In this document: piece by piece, positions 1 through 11,600 of the stretch
Position numbering within the stretch: the first letter of the stretch is position 1
Layout: each line of letters begins with the position of its first letter
Origin: Camelus ferus
Taxonomy: Eukaryota
Assembly (NCBI RefSeq): GCF_009834535.1
Contig: NC_045707.1
Coordinates: forward strand, 54,252,001-54,316,000
Direction of reading: 5' to 3'
DNA length: 64,000 nucleotides
Translations under genes and position numbers: made by a program
Notes under the pieces: model-generated
Databases searched by the model: none
Told to the model about the DNA's origin: nothing
What the model saw: only the letters and a program-made list of their open reading frames with translations

Positions 1-1454
1 GGCTGGTTACCACTCTGCTGTGAGAAGCAGGAAGGAGAACCCACCGGAGTAAATGAGGTGCAGGCTGGCTCTCTGCACAGGGTCTTAGACCAGAATTAAT
101 CAGGACTTGATGAGATGTTAAAGGGGAAACCTGCATTGTGCACAGTTGATCACTCAGTGTGTAAACATAGTTTTCTATGGTTACAAGAATAACTAATTTA
201 AATATAGGAACACAAGGCCAAAAAACACACTTGCGGGAGTTGTGTTAACACTTCACAAGTCCAAATTCTTCCTTAGCATCAACTTTCTATATATTTACTT
301 CCTGAACTAAGATAAAGTAACCATTTGTCTCCACAAACTAAAGCAGAAATCTGCTGCTTGTTATTCCTGCACCACCAGATGTTGTCTTTACTGACGTATG
401 AGGGCCTTACAATGGCTTAATCTTCAAAAGGAATACTATTACTCCAGTCAGAACAAAATTTTTTGCTATTTTATTTACTTCTCTAGTCTAGTGGTTTATA
501 GGAATTGCAAAACTTAGGACTTTTTTACTTAGAGTAGTAAAAACACAAAGGAAATGTTCGTTCTCCTGAATTACTATTATTTGGGAAATAATACAGTTTA
601 CAAATAGCAAAGCTAGTAAAAATAAAATGTGCCTAAAAGGAAGAGTTGTATCAGTATAATTTTATTTTTTCAAATTACTAGAAATTAAGCATATTGAATC
701 ATCCAATTAGATAATCTGAATATAATCTATAAATATAATTGACTTAAATTTATATTTTTAAAAATTACCTTAAGATTATTATGACTACTGCCTTGGCAAA
801 AATCATGTTATCTAGATTTTAAAAATTATAATGGAATGGCATGCATTGGCAATTCCTGGGGCTAGAAAATTGTAGATGAGCTATATATTTCTTCAATTAT
901 GTACAGTGAAAATAGTTTATGGCTTATATAACAACTGGGAGTTTGTGAGATTGTTTCATCTTTTCTTTGTTTTATTATAACTCCAATCTTAAACTATAAA
1001 TTTATGGGCTATTACACAAATAACTTATCAACATTGGGTATATAACCTAAAAAGAACCTAAGTGGTTGATAAAATAGAAAAATAAAATACATGTATTACT
1101 AGACTGTAGAGCTATAACTCTGACTTTTTATCCTTTAAAAATTACTTTTTAAAATCAGAAATTTATCATATTATGTTCTTTTAAAAGAATCGTTAGTTTC
1201 TATGTCTATATAACAACTCAAGTGTTCTTTTGTTTTATACCTGTGTGTGAGTTGTCAAATTCTCGGCAAGTAAAAAGGAATTTTAATAGACTGACATGCA
1301 TATATTATACTGTTCTATATGTTCAGTAGGAGAATCAGTTTCTTCCTTTATTGGTAAAATGCAGCTATTGAATTATTCGAACACTATCCCACCCCCACCT
1401 CCCCACCCACCAAACACACACACACCCACCCCCAAGCCTTCATTTGGCTCCTAC

Positions 1455-1759
1455 CTGGACCCTGGCCTCAGTCAGCTCTGTCCTCAGAGCAAGCTGTTCT
1501 CTGACATACACATCCGGGTAGTGGGTTTTCTGAAAGACCTTTTCCAGCTCCTCCAGCTGCAAGCTGGTGAAGGTGGTCCGGTGTCTCCGCTTCTTACTGC
1601 TGGATACGTTGCTGTCACATTTATCCCCAAGTTCATCCAGTTCTCCCTTCTCTGGCATCCCTTTCACGGGAGACATCCGGAGGCTGTTACAGTTGTCCAT
1701 AGCTCTATTTAGCTCGGTGTGAAGAGGCTGTCCTTCTACTTTAGTGATCCCATAGTTCA
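1455..1759 (-). CDS. ALX1: ALX1 coding exon 2 (305 nt), N-terminal part of the paired-type homeodomain
   Basis: Acceptor TTTTCCCCCTCTGGGTACAG|TG joins exon 1 in frame (G+TG=Val). Reads [24 protein letters not shown]...[47 protein letters not shown]. Donor CAG|GTAGGA falls at the typical paired-class intron position in helix 3. Later exons are off the left edge. Confidence 0.97.
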
Positions 1760-2672
1760 CTGTACCCAGAGGGGGAAAACAACAGCTCTCAGGATTGCAA
1801 AACATCTCCATGAAGGAAGTAAGTTGAAGTAATTTAGAGCATCAGGGAAGCGATCTGTTAATGATTTATTGTGCCAGTATTAAATTTGATCATCACATTA
1901 TGTACGATTATTAATTCACTTTGGGCAGGTTTAAAACCATTTTAAAATGTATACACTGAACTCATCTGCCAAAAATATACAGTTCTCCTCTCCGGGATTC
2001 ATGTAATGCTTATGCACATAATTTATAATCAAATTTAGGTAGTCAAAAGATGCTCTACATTTTTTAAAAAAACACCTAGGTGAGCATAATTTTTGAAAAG
2101 TGAGCCAATATATCGTATTTTATTTGCAGCAGACAAAATTAAGTTACTTAGGTGGCTCAAAAAAGATATTTCAATTTTAAATAGTATCTGTAAACCAAAA
2201 TTCAAACTCTTCTCAAAAGTTATGTTTCTCCTCCACACAAAACCTATGGACTAGAGATTTAAGATACAGTATCGTTTCTACTATATTTCCACGATTTTAA
2301 CTATATATTCATGTCTGCACTCAAAAATTTTAATTCAAAAAAGTGATCTGCTAAGTTAAAAGTGAATTTGCTATTGGTTTCTGAAAGTGTTTCCTACAGA
2401 AAAGTAAGATTTAAATAGACTTCTTTAGCTTAAAAACTCGCAGGTTCTTTCCAAATATGATAAATTTCTGCTTAGCTCATGAAATTTGTTTTAAGACAAA
2501 AAGCTTTTAATTTTCCCTCTAGTAAAGAACAGAAATTAAAGCATCTATATTAAAAGATTATAAAGGATGTCATCTGGCATTCTGTTTAGAGATGTTTTAA
2601 TTTCAGTGATTTCCTCCAGATTTGAGTGCATGCTGGCAGTATGATGTAAAACAAAAATATATCTTACGGTGC

Positions 2673-2695
2673 CACACACACACACACACACACAC
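2673..2695. repeat. (CA)n microsatellite in ALX1 intron 1
   Basis: About 11 perfect CA units. Confidence 0.9.
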
Positions 2696-3003
2696 GCAAT
2701 GGATGCACATAAGAAATGGGAAGCATTTTTTAAAGGTCATCCCAGCCACAACAGTGATATCCAATGAACTGTGAAACTTTTTTCGTTTTTCTGTTTTAAA
2801 ATTATCTTTCATAATGTATTTTTACAACTGCTTTAATCATTATACAAATATATTAAACTTTAGTACCTAGATAACTTAGATACCTAATAGGTTTTATGCA
2901 AAGGAAGATGTGATGTAAAACTGAATATAAAGAAGAGCCTTGACTAACAGTACCGTTTTGTCTCTTTCGTCAGAGTTAACGGGGAACTGCGGTAATTAGG
3001 GAC

Positions 3004-3022
3004 GGGGGGGGGGGGGGGGGGG
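3004..3022. repeat. Poly-G tract (G19) in ALX1 intron 1
   Basis: Read directly from the sequence. Confidence 0.9.
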
Positions 3023-4615
3023 AGGGGAAACAGGCGTGAGGGTAAGGACATCTCAGGAGAAAGACAGGAATTTTACTAAATTTAGCGGACTTCTTGTTGC
3101 CTTACATTCATCTTACTTAATACTTCCCTATTAAAATTCATCTTAATAGTATGATGTTCTTTTAAAACTTGATCAAGTATTAAAAATACCTATCTCTTTT
3201 ATTTTGGAATCCTGACAATTTAAAATATTATGATTGAGTCATATCCAGCAGTCAACATAGGACACTTCAGAACCATTTTTTAAAAACCCCGTCCGTGGAA
3301 ATAATTTTACGTATACACCTAAGAATTCCAAAATAAAGATGCTGTGGTCTGAAATACAGCCAGGAAACCAAAATTTTAGTGTGTTAAAATAAAAACCAAT
3401 TTTTCGGGTCTTTCTGAATAAGTGACTGAGATTTAACTGATTTTCTCTAGCCTTTGCGCCTGTATTTTTGATTTAAACTTGGAAGTCGAAAGTAACTTGC
3501 AACGTTGAACAAAGTAAAATACACGAGGTCGTTTTTTAAGCTTACTGTGTACTAAGTATTTAGAAAATGAGTTTCTATGAGCCAGTGCCTTGCCAGATTT
3601 CGAACCTCCATCAAAATAGGGGGCGGGAGGCTTGTTGTAAATATTTCACACTTAATTCGTTTGTTATTTTAAAGCAACCCGCTCCTTACAGCTCAACTGT
3701 GGAATATATACAATGATAAGGAAAAGTCCTCTTGGAACTGTAAACTTGCTTTAGCTGTCGCGATCTGAAAAAAATAGGTTTGTATTGGGTTACAAGATAG
3801 AAAAGATAGATGGTTTGTTTTGATAACATTTTGACTTTGAGATACTTGGCCATTCAAAGTTGAAGATTTCACCCAGAAGCATTCCGAAAGGCTTCTTAGG
3901 TGACTTCTAATGTGGAGTCAGAAAAACAGACAATGCAGAATTCTGGAGTGAGCGATTATATTGAGAATTCTTTGCCCGAAGCTAAATAAAGTGACTTGGC
4001 GTTTAACACTTATTTATCTGCTGTACTGCAAATGCGAAGAAGTAGAAATCACAAATTTACACAAGCTAATCTCGCAATCCTCTAACTTCACAAAGAAAAC
4101 TATCGCTACGTCTTGGAAAGTAAGAAAGGTTTTTCACCTAAGTTTTCTTATTCGCGAAGATAGTGACGTCCTCTAACGAGCTGTGATGGATTTCAGCCCC
4201 TCCTGCCCCGGCAGCGCGGCGGGCTCGCAGAGGAAGCCCGCTGTCTTGACTCAATTACGCTCTATTTAGCGCCCTATCAGTTTACGCCGGGGTCCTGGGT
4301 AGAGAGACTCCAGGACCCGTGGGGGACAAGACTCACAGCAAAAAGAGAACCGGCCGGAGGCAACCCGGCGCGGCACCCTTCCTTTGCTCCCCCCAAAGTC
4401 TGCAGCAGCCAAAACTCCGCTTCCTAAAACAAGCGTGGTTCCACTACCTTCCTCCGCCCTCCAGCTCTCTCGCTCCTGCTGTCTTCCGTTCCTTCCTTCC
4501 TTCCCACCTTCCTTCCTTCTTTCCTTCCTCCCTCCCGCCCTCCTCGTCCGGGCCGGTCCTCACACTCCGGATTAGCGGGTGGGCTGCCGCAGCTCGGCCA
4601 GCGCAGGGGACTCAC

Positions 4616-4841
4616 CGCTGCTGTCCTGACAGGGCGAGGTCCTCTCCAGACGCACGTGATGCTCGGCGCGGGGCAGGGGCCCAAAGGCCTGCACGCATTT
4701 GCCCGCCGACGCTTTGCTGTAAAAGGACTCATTGTCCAGCGTCTCCATAACGTGCTCCAACGCGCCTCCTGCGCCCATGTAAAAGTCACTGTTTTTACTC
4801 GGTGGGCTCTTGAGGGCAAACTTCTCGCTGAGAAACTCCAT
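4616..4841 (-). CDS. ALX1: ALX homeobox protein 1 (CART1), coding exon 1 (226 nt)
   Basis: ATG at 4841-4839 in strong Kozak context (ATT ATG G). Translates [75 protein letters not shown], the recognisable ALX1 N-terminus. Ends at G|GTGAGT donor (4615-4610), phase 1. Confidence 0.97.
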
Positions 4842-5028
4842 AATCCTGGAAGGCTGTCGCGGAGCTCCTGGGGCTCGGAAGCTGGAGAGCGCTGGGGGAG
4901 GGAGCGAGTGGGCGGGAGAAGGGAGGGCCAGAGAGGAGCGAAGGGGAAGCGAGCGCTGCGGCGCCGGGAGCTGCCCGGCTCCGAGCCCTTTAAGACGTCC
5001 GGGCTGCAAAGGGGGCACCCGAAGTTGC

Positions 5029-5035
5029 TTTTATA
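5029..5035 (-). promoter_or_regulatory. TATA-like box (TATAAAA) of the ALX1 proximal promoter
   Basis: Minus strand reads GATATAAAAG ~190 nt upstream of the ATG, an AT-rich motif inside GC-rich sequence; implies a TSS near 5000-5005 (inferred). Confidence 0.6.
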
Positions 5036-8000
5036 TCTTGAAACTCAGCTGGGCTCCTCGGGCAACCTCCCAGTTCTAATGAATATGAAAATAGGCAGGC
5101 GACTAACTCCACCCCGGGTCCCCCTCCGCCTCCACCCCACCCCCATCTTCCCCCACTTACCCGGGCAGGGCGCGTCCAGGCCTAGGTTAGACAGACAGCT
5201 CCATTTCAGACAAATGCCAGCAGGGACGAAGCCACGACACCCAGAAACATTGTCGACGCGACAGTGGACTGGCATTTCAGGAGAGCTTGGTGAGATCGCA
5301 CAGCAGTTAACCCTCCACTCCTGCTCTCTGCGCCCTCCCCGGCCGCCCGCCCTGCCCCCGGTACCCACCCCGCCCCCACGCCAGCCACTCACTAACAGAA
5401 AGATTTAGAGGCGTCTTAAGAACTTGAAAGGAAGTATTGCTCTAAAGGGCTTTTATTTCATCCGTAAATCGTTTATGTGGAAGATCCACATTAATCCGAA
5501 GCCCAAGAAGCCGGATGCGTTGGCAGCTATTAACTGGGACAGCCGTGGTAGAGGGGCGGCTTCTGCTTCCAACCAAGGGGAGCTCGGCGTCCCGGCGCTT
5601 CCCGGCGCTCAAGAGCCCTTGGCCTTTCCTTTCTTTCTGGAATGCGGCGGCGTGTGGATGTGGTGGCGATGGGAGAGGGAAGCCGAGCAAGAGGCATTGA
5701 AACCACTATACTAATACCAACCTTATTTCCCCACCCTTCTCTCAACCTAGCCTTGGTGCGTGATTTTATCATTAGATTCAGATTATTTTAAGGAACCGCG
5801 ATAGGAAAAGAGCCTCCAAAGGGCCCTTAGTATGGGCCAGAGGGAAGCTCGTTATGCAAAGGGGTTTATGAAAGAGGAAGGCTTCCAGCGTGGTTTTTAC
5901 AAAATTATTATTTTTACTTTTAAAGAGTCGCGGTGGAGTTTGAAAAGCCGTGCGGGGAACGAGGGGCGTGCGCGGAGCTGGGCACAACGGCGAGGCAGCG
6001 TCCCGGCGCGGTCTTGGCCAAGGCCTCGCTTCCCGCCCTAGGGATGGTGGGTGTGCGGGGAGCTGGCGGCTCCCTGAGGGCAGGGCAGCCCTGCTGGGTT
6101 GAAAGCCTTGTGTGTGACTTTGGGACTCTTTGGCTTCCGAGGAGCCCGCGGAGGACGAGGGAAAAAGCGTTCAGAGGCTGGGCAAGAAAAGGCCGCCATT
6201 TGCAACAGGCCTCTTAAACTGGAAATGTTGTGAACACTCCCACAGGTTGGCGACTAAGGATTGCGTCTTCCAAGGGAGGCCTCTGCTCGACAGCCTTTCC
6301 CGCACAGGCTCTCGCAGCGCCTGTTCCGTCTTCCCAGGCCAGGCAGCCACCCTGGGGCTTTGGGCGCGCCGGGCAGACCCCACTCTGGGGTGGAGAGGCC
6401 AAGCCCAGCTCCGGCGAGCTTCTGGGTGGGCTCGGAAATTTCCACTTTCTTCAAGGTCTTGGCTGACCTAGGACTTACTGGGAGACCCTCTTCGCGGCCA
6501 GCCGGGGCCGCCGCCGGGAAGGAACAATCTGGGAGCGCTGCGCATCTCGGAGCTGCTCCGTAGCATTGCCCTAGGAGCGGAGCCAGCCCTCAACCCAGAT
6601 CCGGCTGAGCGGAACCCGAGCGGACTGCCGGGAACTGCAGCTCCGGTTCTCCCGAGACGCTTCTCCCGGGGATCCGCACAGCTTAGTTCACGTCGCGCCG
6701 CGCGTAGCGTGGCCTTGAGCGCGCACTCAGGTTCTGGCGAGTTGACACTATTCCTGAATGATACAGCTGTTGTTGTGTCATTGTTACTATCTCCCGAGCC
6801 GTGCAGCCGGTACCAGCCACTAATTGTTAAATCTCAAAGGGGCGCGGTCAAAGAAAATCTTTCAGGGACCGCGCCCGGGGGGAATGCCAGACTGCATCAA
6901 GGTGCGCGGACTCTAAGCGTGGTATCCTCGGAAGGGGGTGGAGGGAGGTGGGGGGGGGGGGAGGCCTAGGAGAAGCAGGCGGGAGGGTACCCTAGGACAT
7001 GCTGTCCGTGTTTAAGACAGAGGAGCAAGCAGTGCGCTTCCTGAACACTTTCTAGCAGTTCCTGGGCCGCCCCTACGGGAACGTTGGATGTCCAGTTACC
7101 CACTCACTCCCCTGTGGGTTGATCATTTTTGATTCTCTCCCTTCCCCTTCGGTACCTTACCTTCAGATACTCTGAAAGCCTGACCTTCTCTAACAGACAC
7201 GGGGAGGATAAGAGAAATGGTCATTTAATAGGCTTTTCAAAAATTCACAGCAGCGAGAACAACGCCTTGCTGACTTGAGGAAATATACAAACAACTCCGA
7301 GCTATAAACTTGGTTATGTCGTAGAGCTCTGTCAGCTTGTTTATAAATATGCGTCTTAAGAGCCCTAAATTCCCTGAAGGAAAAAAAAAAAAAAAACTCG
7401 GTGTCTTCTAAATGAAAGACATATGATGCAAGCTCTAGAGTACTTGTAAACCAATAACGGTCCGGCTCGCAGAGGAAACTACAGGGGAGCCAAGGTCGAC
7501 AGCTGCCTGGTAAACCCGTTGTCACCCCACACCTCAACCCCACTTTTGATGGTAGTGGTTGGAGGGATGGGTGCAAGGTGTCACCAACCCCACTTAATAT
7601 CCCTGGAGCCTCTTGGAAATGCAAATCTATTACACCTGTATGTATGGGGACATGTAACCACATGTACCCATAACAGAGGGAACAGCTAATGGCAAACTCC
7701 CATAACGAATGCTTAATCTGCAGTTTTTGGCAAGAAGCTGGGTCTCTGGTTGCCAAGAGCTGCATTAAATGGATTCTGAGAGGTTATGATGGAGTTTATG
7801 TTAACGACACAACTCTAACCTTTGGAGCATTAACAATAAATTTAAAATAATATTAATTAAAACAATACTATTTAAATGATTTCTGGAAGCCGCACGAAGG
7901 GAGAAGAAATTGGAGGCTAATTGGATCGGAGGCTGTCTCACCTTCCCTGAGATCTACCTGGGCATCTTCTGCCTGATGCTTTGAGGATAATCTTGGAAAC

Positions 8001-10649
8001 TGATCATAGCACTTTGATAAATACTTTTGGCTACTCTATCCAGAACAGGCATGGCTTTTTTCATCAGGCTTTAAAAACCTACTTCTAATCCACGTTCATT
8101 ATCCCAGCCCTCCCCAAATCCAACCAGTGGGCATGGCTATAGCCCCTGGGGCCAGTGCCCTGAGGAACGATGGCTGGCAAGAGAGACCTAGTTTACTAAA
8201 CTAGGTTCTAACTGGGGTTTTTATCTCCTCACACTCAGCCCATCACCCTTAGGCTGCTGTTCCCTTCTTTGCTCCACCTTTCTGTTTTGCCTTTGAGAGT
8301 ATTCATCACTTTCCATACCAGGAACCTGGGTTCTAAATCCAGGATTCAGCTCCCCATCTTTCATGTTAGTCAAGCAATCTACCTGGCGGAGAGCGCTTGC
8401 TAGAGGTGGTGGGAGTGGGGTGAGAGTCAGGGTATGAGAGGGATGGAGATGAGAAGCCACTGTCAACTTCTTTTAAATCCTAACAAAATTTAGGACATCC
8501 TAGGATGCCGGCACTTTCAGCTCCCCGAGCTCCTGATGCTTCTTCACATCTCTTTGATGGGACTGAGGCACAGTGAGTCAGGAAGGAATGTGCAGAGTCC
8601 AGAAAGCTGAAGGCTGAGGGTTAACAAGTATTGCAGGTTCAAGTCTCAGTCTCCTGGAGACACTGTTTTCTCATTCCTCTTGCACCACTGATGCTAACAC
8701 AGTGGAAAGGATATTTTGTGAAGTGACTCTGACATTCCAGTTTGATGTTACATTGAACATTCCTGCAACCAGTTTGTGGTTGTTGCTGTTGTTGTTAGGG
8801 GCCAACTCCCCAAACACAGTGATTTGGGGGTGTTTTTTAAAGTTTTCTTTATTTAGTTCCATTTAGAGCCTAGGATTAGAATAACTGAATAAATTAAAAC
8901 TAGTTGAAAAGTCCACTGAAATGACTATTTGACACCCCCGCCCCCACATACAGACACACACAAAGGTAAATTCAGATTAAGCCAAGTTCAGATAAGGGAT
9001 TGGCTGTCAGCTTGGCTTATTTTACGTTTTAAAAAATTCTCGTGGTCTGAAAGCTGCTTTTGATGCCCCCGCCTCAGAGAATATATTTTGGGAAATGAAA
9101 AATATTTTGAGTACATACATCAATGCAGCAACTGAAGCAACGCATAGAGCACTCTGGTTCCTTTATCAACTAATTGAAAGAAATGTCACACTTATATAGT
9201 CCTAGTGGGACTATCAAGATAGGATTGCAAGAATTTTCATTTTAGCACTTTCTTTTTGCGGCAAGAGTTTAAGGCATCTCAGTAAATAAAGCTAGGAAAA
9301 ATGCATGCTGAATCAGATGAACTATGACAAATGTAGAAAAGCAAGGGTCTGGAGAAGGGAGGGGAAGCTGGGTGGAGAGAAAACGCTCATGAAAAAGTAC
9401 TAAAATAATTGACTGTCATGTCTGATGGCCAGAAGCCAAGTGGCTTCATGTTTGGTGTGTGCTCCGCTGGCTGCTGTTTTCCTCCCCTGGTTTCGTCTCC
9501 AGCCTTCCCACAGCTCTACAGACATAACAGATACCGAAATACATTCTGCATCGGAGCAGCTCAGGAGGACTTCATCAAAATAAAAAATATCTACACACAC
9601 AGAGAAACATTTTAAGATTTTCTTTAAAATATATGTCCCAATTCAGCATCATCTACTCCAGAAAACACACTTACAGACTAATACAGAAATTCGTCATATT
9701 TTTGAAGCTTCTGTATTTTAATTAAAAAAAAAATGACCTGAATTGTAATCAGTCCTGTCAGTCTTTCAAGTGTGCTGTTAATGAAGCTCTCAAATATCAT
9801 AGATTAAATTTACTTGTGATTTTGAGCATACTAAATATTTCGGTATTTTAGAAGCTCACATGATTCTTCTAAGACCTTATTTTTGAGTTTCAGCTTGTTT
9901 CAGTAGTAGTTTTTCAGTTGCCCTTTTTTTAAAGAGAGGAATGGATTTAACTTCTGTTCTCCTAAAAGATCCAATTTAAATGTGAAAATCTACAACCATT
10001 TTCCCCACTTGCAAATATTTTGACTAATCTAACATGCCACTGTTTACATTTACCATAGAAATGTATTATTACAAATATTAAACAATCATAACCGCGATAA
10101 TCCAATCACCTGCATTTCTCTTTATGGCTGTCCTCATTGTTTCAAGACGTTCTGAATGTAATAAAATAAAAAGACCATTAAAGTTAGACCTCTTCTATGA
10201 CACAGAGAAGATCATGCACTTAATTATGCACTTTTTATATAGTGCATAATTAAGCTAAACTGTATCCAATTCATAAATCCAGATTCCACTAGCAAATTTT
10301 AATCGTTTACCTATAACATGTCTTCCACTCCTTTATGTGAGATATGAACTGTTTAAACTTCTAGCTAATATATTTTCGATACATTTTCCTGCTGATTTAT
10401 TAGATACATCTTAAAAGCGAGAACTTCTTACTGTCAAGATGATGCTGTGCAAACGCACTTACGCCTTAAGTTTTCGCGTTGTAGGGAAAGACTTCCTTAA
10501 CATCTCAGTACAGATAGAGGCAAAATGACACGACGGATGTTTCTCCTTTGGACTGGAATTACATAGTATACGTGTAAAATTCATGGTCGTTAAACAAACC
10601 CGACCAGGGTAAGGCCAATAGACATAATCAAAGCAGTTCCAAACGGAGA

Positions 10650-11600
10650 AGCAAATTCTCCTCCCTTTAGACCCCCAACTACTGTGCCCCTCCCTCGCCG
10701 AAGATTACCCTTTACCTCGGGACAGGAAAGCAGGGTTTGGGTGCCGAGGCGGTGCGCTTAGAACGCACCTCTCCGTAAGAAGCTGAAAAAAAAAGCACCT
10801 TTTTGCCGTGGTGCTTTATGAATGCAACCGAAAGAAGAAAAATACAAACCCGTTTATTACAGCAAGGATTATTCCGAAGAAAAGGGGAAGGAGGGAGGAG
10901 AGCGCCAACCCCTTCATTCGAAAAATCATTAAAGAGCTTTAAAGAAAGGTCAAGATTAATAGTCACCCACTTCTCCTTTCCAACCTGCCCTGCCCGCCCT
11001 CCGCAACGTAAATGCCTGCTGTGAATTTTGATAAGTGAGCTTTAACTTGCAAAGTGCCATAAGATGAGTTGCGGAACACAAAGCTCTCCGTGGCTCGCGG
11101 AAGGAGAGCCGAGCTCGTGGGGCACCCCTCGCTGGGGTGCTGGCAGGATCTGGGGCTGCGGGCGGCGCCCCCGCCGCGCCAACCCGCGCCGCAGAGCCCG
11201 CGCCCCCGCGCCACCACGGCCGCAGTCGACTCCACGCCGGAGTTCGCCTGGGAGCCGGAGCCGAGCAAACTTCCGGAGGCCAGTCGGAGCGCCCCCTTGC
11301 ACCAGTGGGTTGCCACCTGGTGCGCACCTCGGGGCGGGGGCGGTGGGGGGCGGGGTAGGACCACCCTCCCGGCCACCGGCCCGGGGGAGCCGCTGGGCAC
11401 CGCTCTGGCGGGCCTCTGGGGCGAGGGCTGAGTCTCCAAATGCCGCCTGATTTGACCTCAAGGCAGTAGGCAAAGTCGCCGACGACCGGGGACGACTCTG
11501 GTTAAGGGCGCAGATGTGGAGGAGTCTCTATCCGGAGCAAAGAGAATGAAGTTTCGCTTCTCTTGTAAACTTAAAAGAGACTCGACGACTACAAGAAAGA
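10650..11600. promoter_or_regulatory. Second CpG island ~6 kb upstream of ALX1 (promoter/insulator-like)
   Basis: GC-rich core 11080-11500 with GC boxes (GGGGCGGGG at 11331 and 11347), an ETS motif (CCGGAAGT on minus, 11269-11276) and CTCF-like motifs. Confidence 0.8.

Larger units (their letters stand above)
4150..7100. promoter_or_regulatory. CpG island covering the ALX1 promoter, exon 1 and start of intron 1
   Basis: Very GC- and CpG-dense sequence (many CGCG, GCGC, CCGG), in contrast to the AT-rich flanks; boundaries by eye. Confidence 0.9.

Noticed and set aside
1296..1712. 138-aa + strand ORF
   Set aside because: Antisense shadow of the ALX1 exon 2 homeobox.
1760..1811. [18 protein letters not shown]-terminus of the 1440-1811 ORF
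   Set aside because: Intronic read-through across the polypyrimidine tract and acceptor of ALX1 exon 2.
4842..5018. In-frame N-terminal extension of ALX1 from a GTG at 5018
   Set aside because: The start lies between the TATA box and the inferred TSS, an open frame is expected in GC-rich UTR, and the canonical ATG has strong Kozak context.
4656..5408. 250-aa + strand ORF, and the many other overlapping ORFs in 4300-7000 and 10950-11470
   Set aside because: They lie in GC-rich CpG islands where stops are rare; the translations are low-complexity (R/G/P/A-rich) with no recognisable domain, and this one is antisense to ALX1 exon 1.
7190..7765. 191-aa minus-strand ORF upstream of ALX1
   Set aside because: Crosses a poly-T run, has no recognisable domain or coding-like composition; more likely regulatory DNA.
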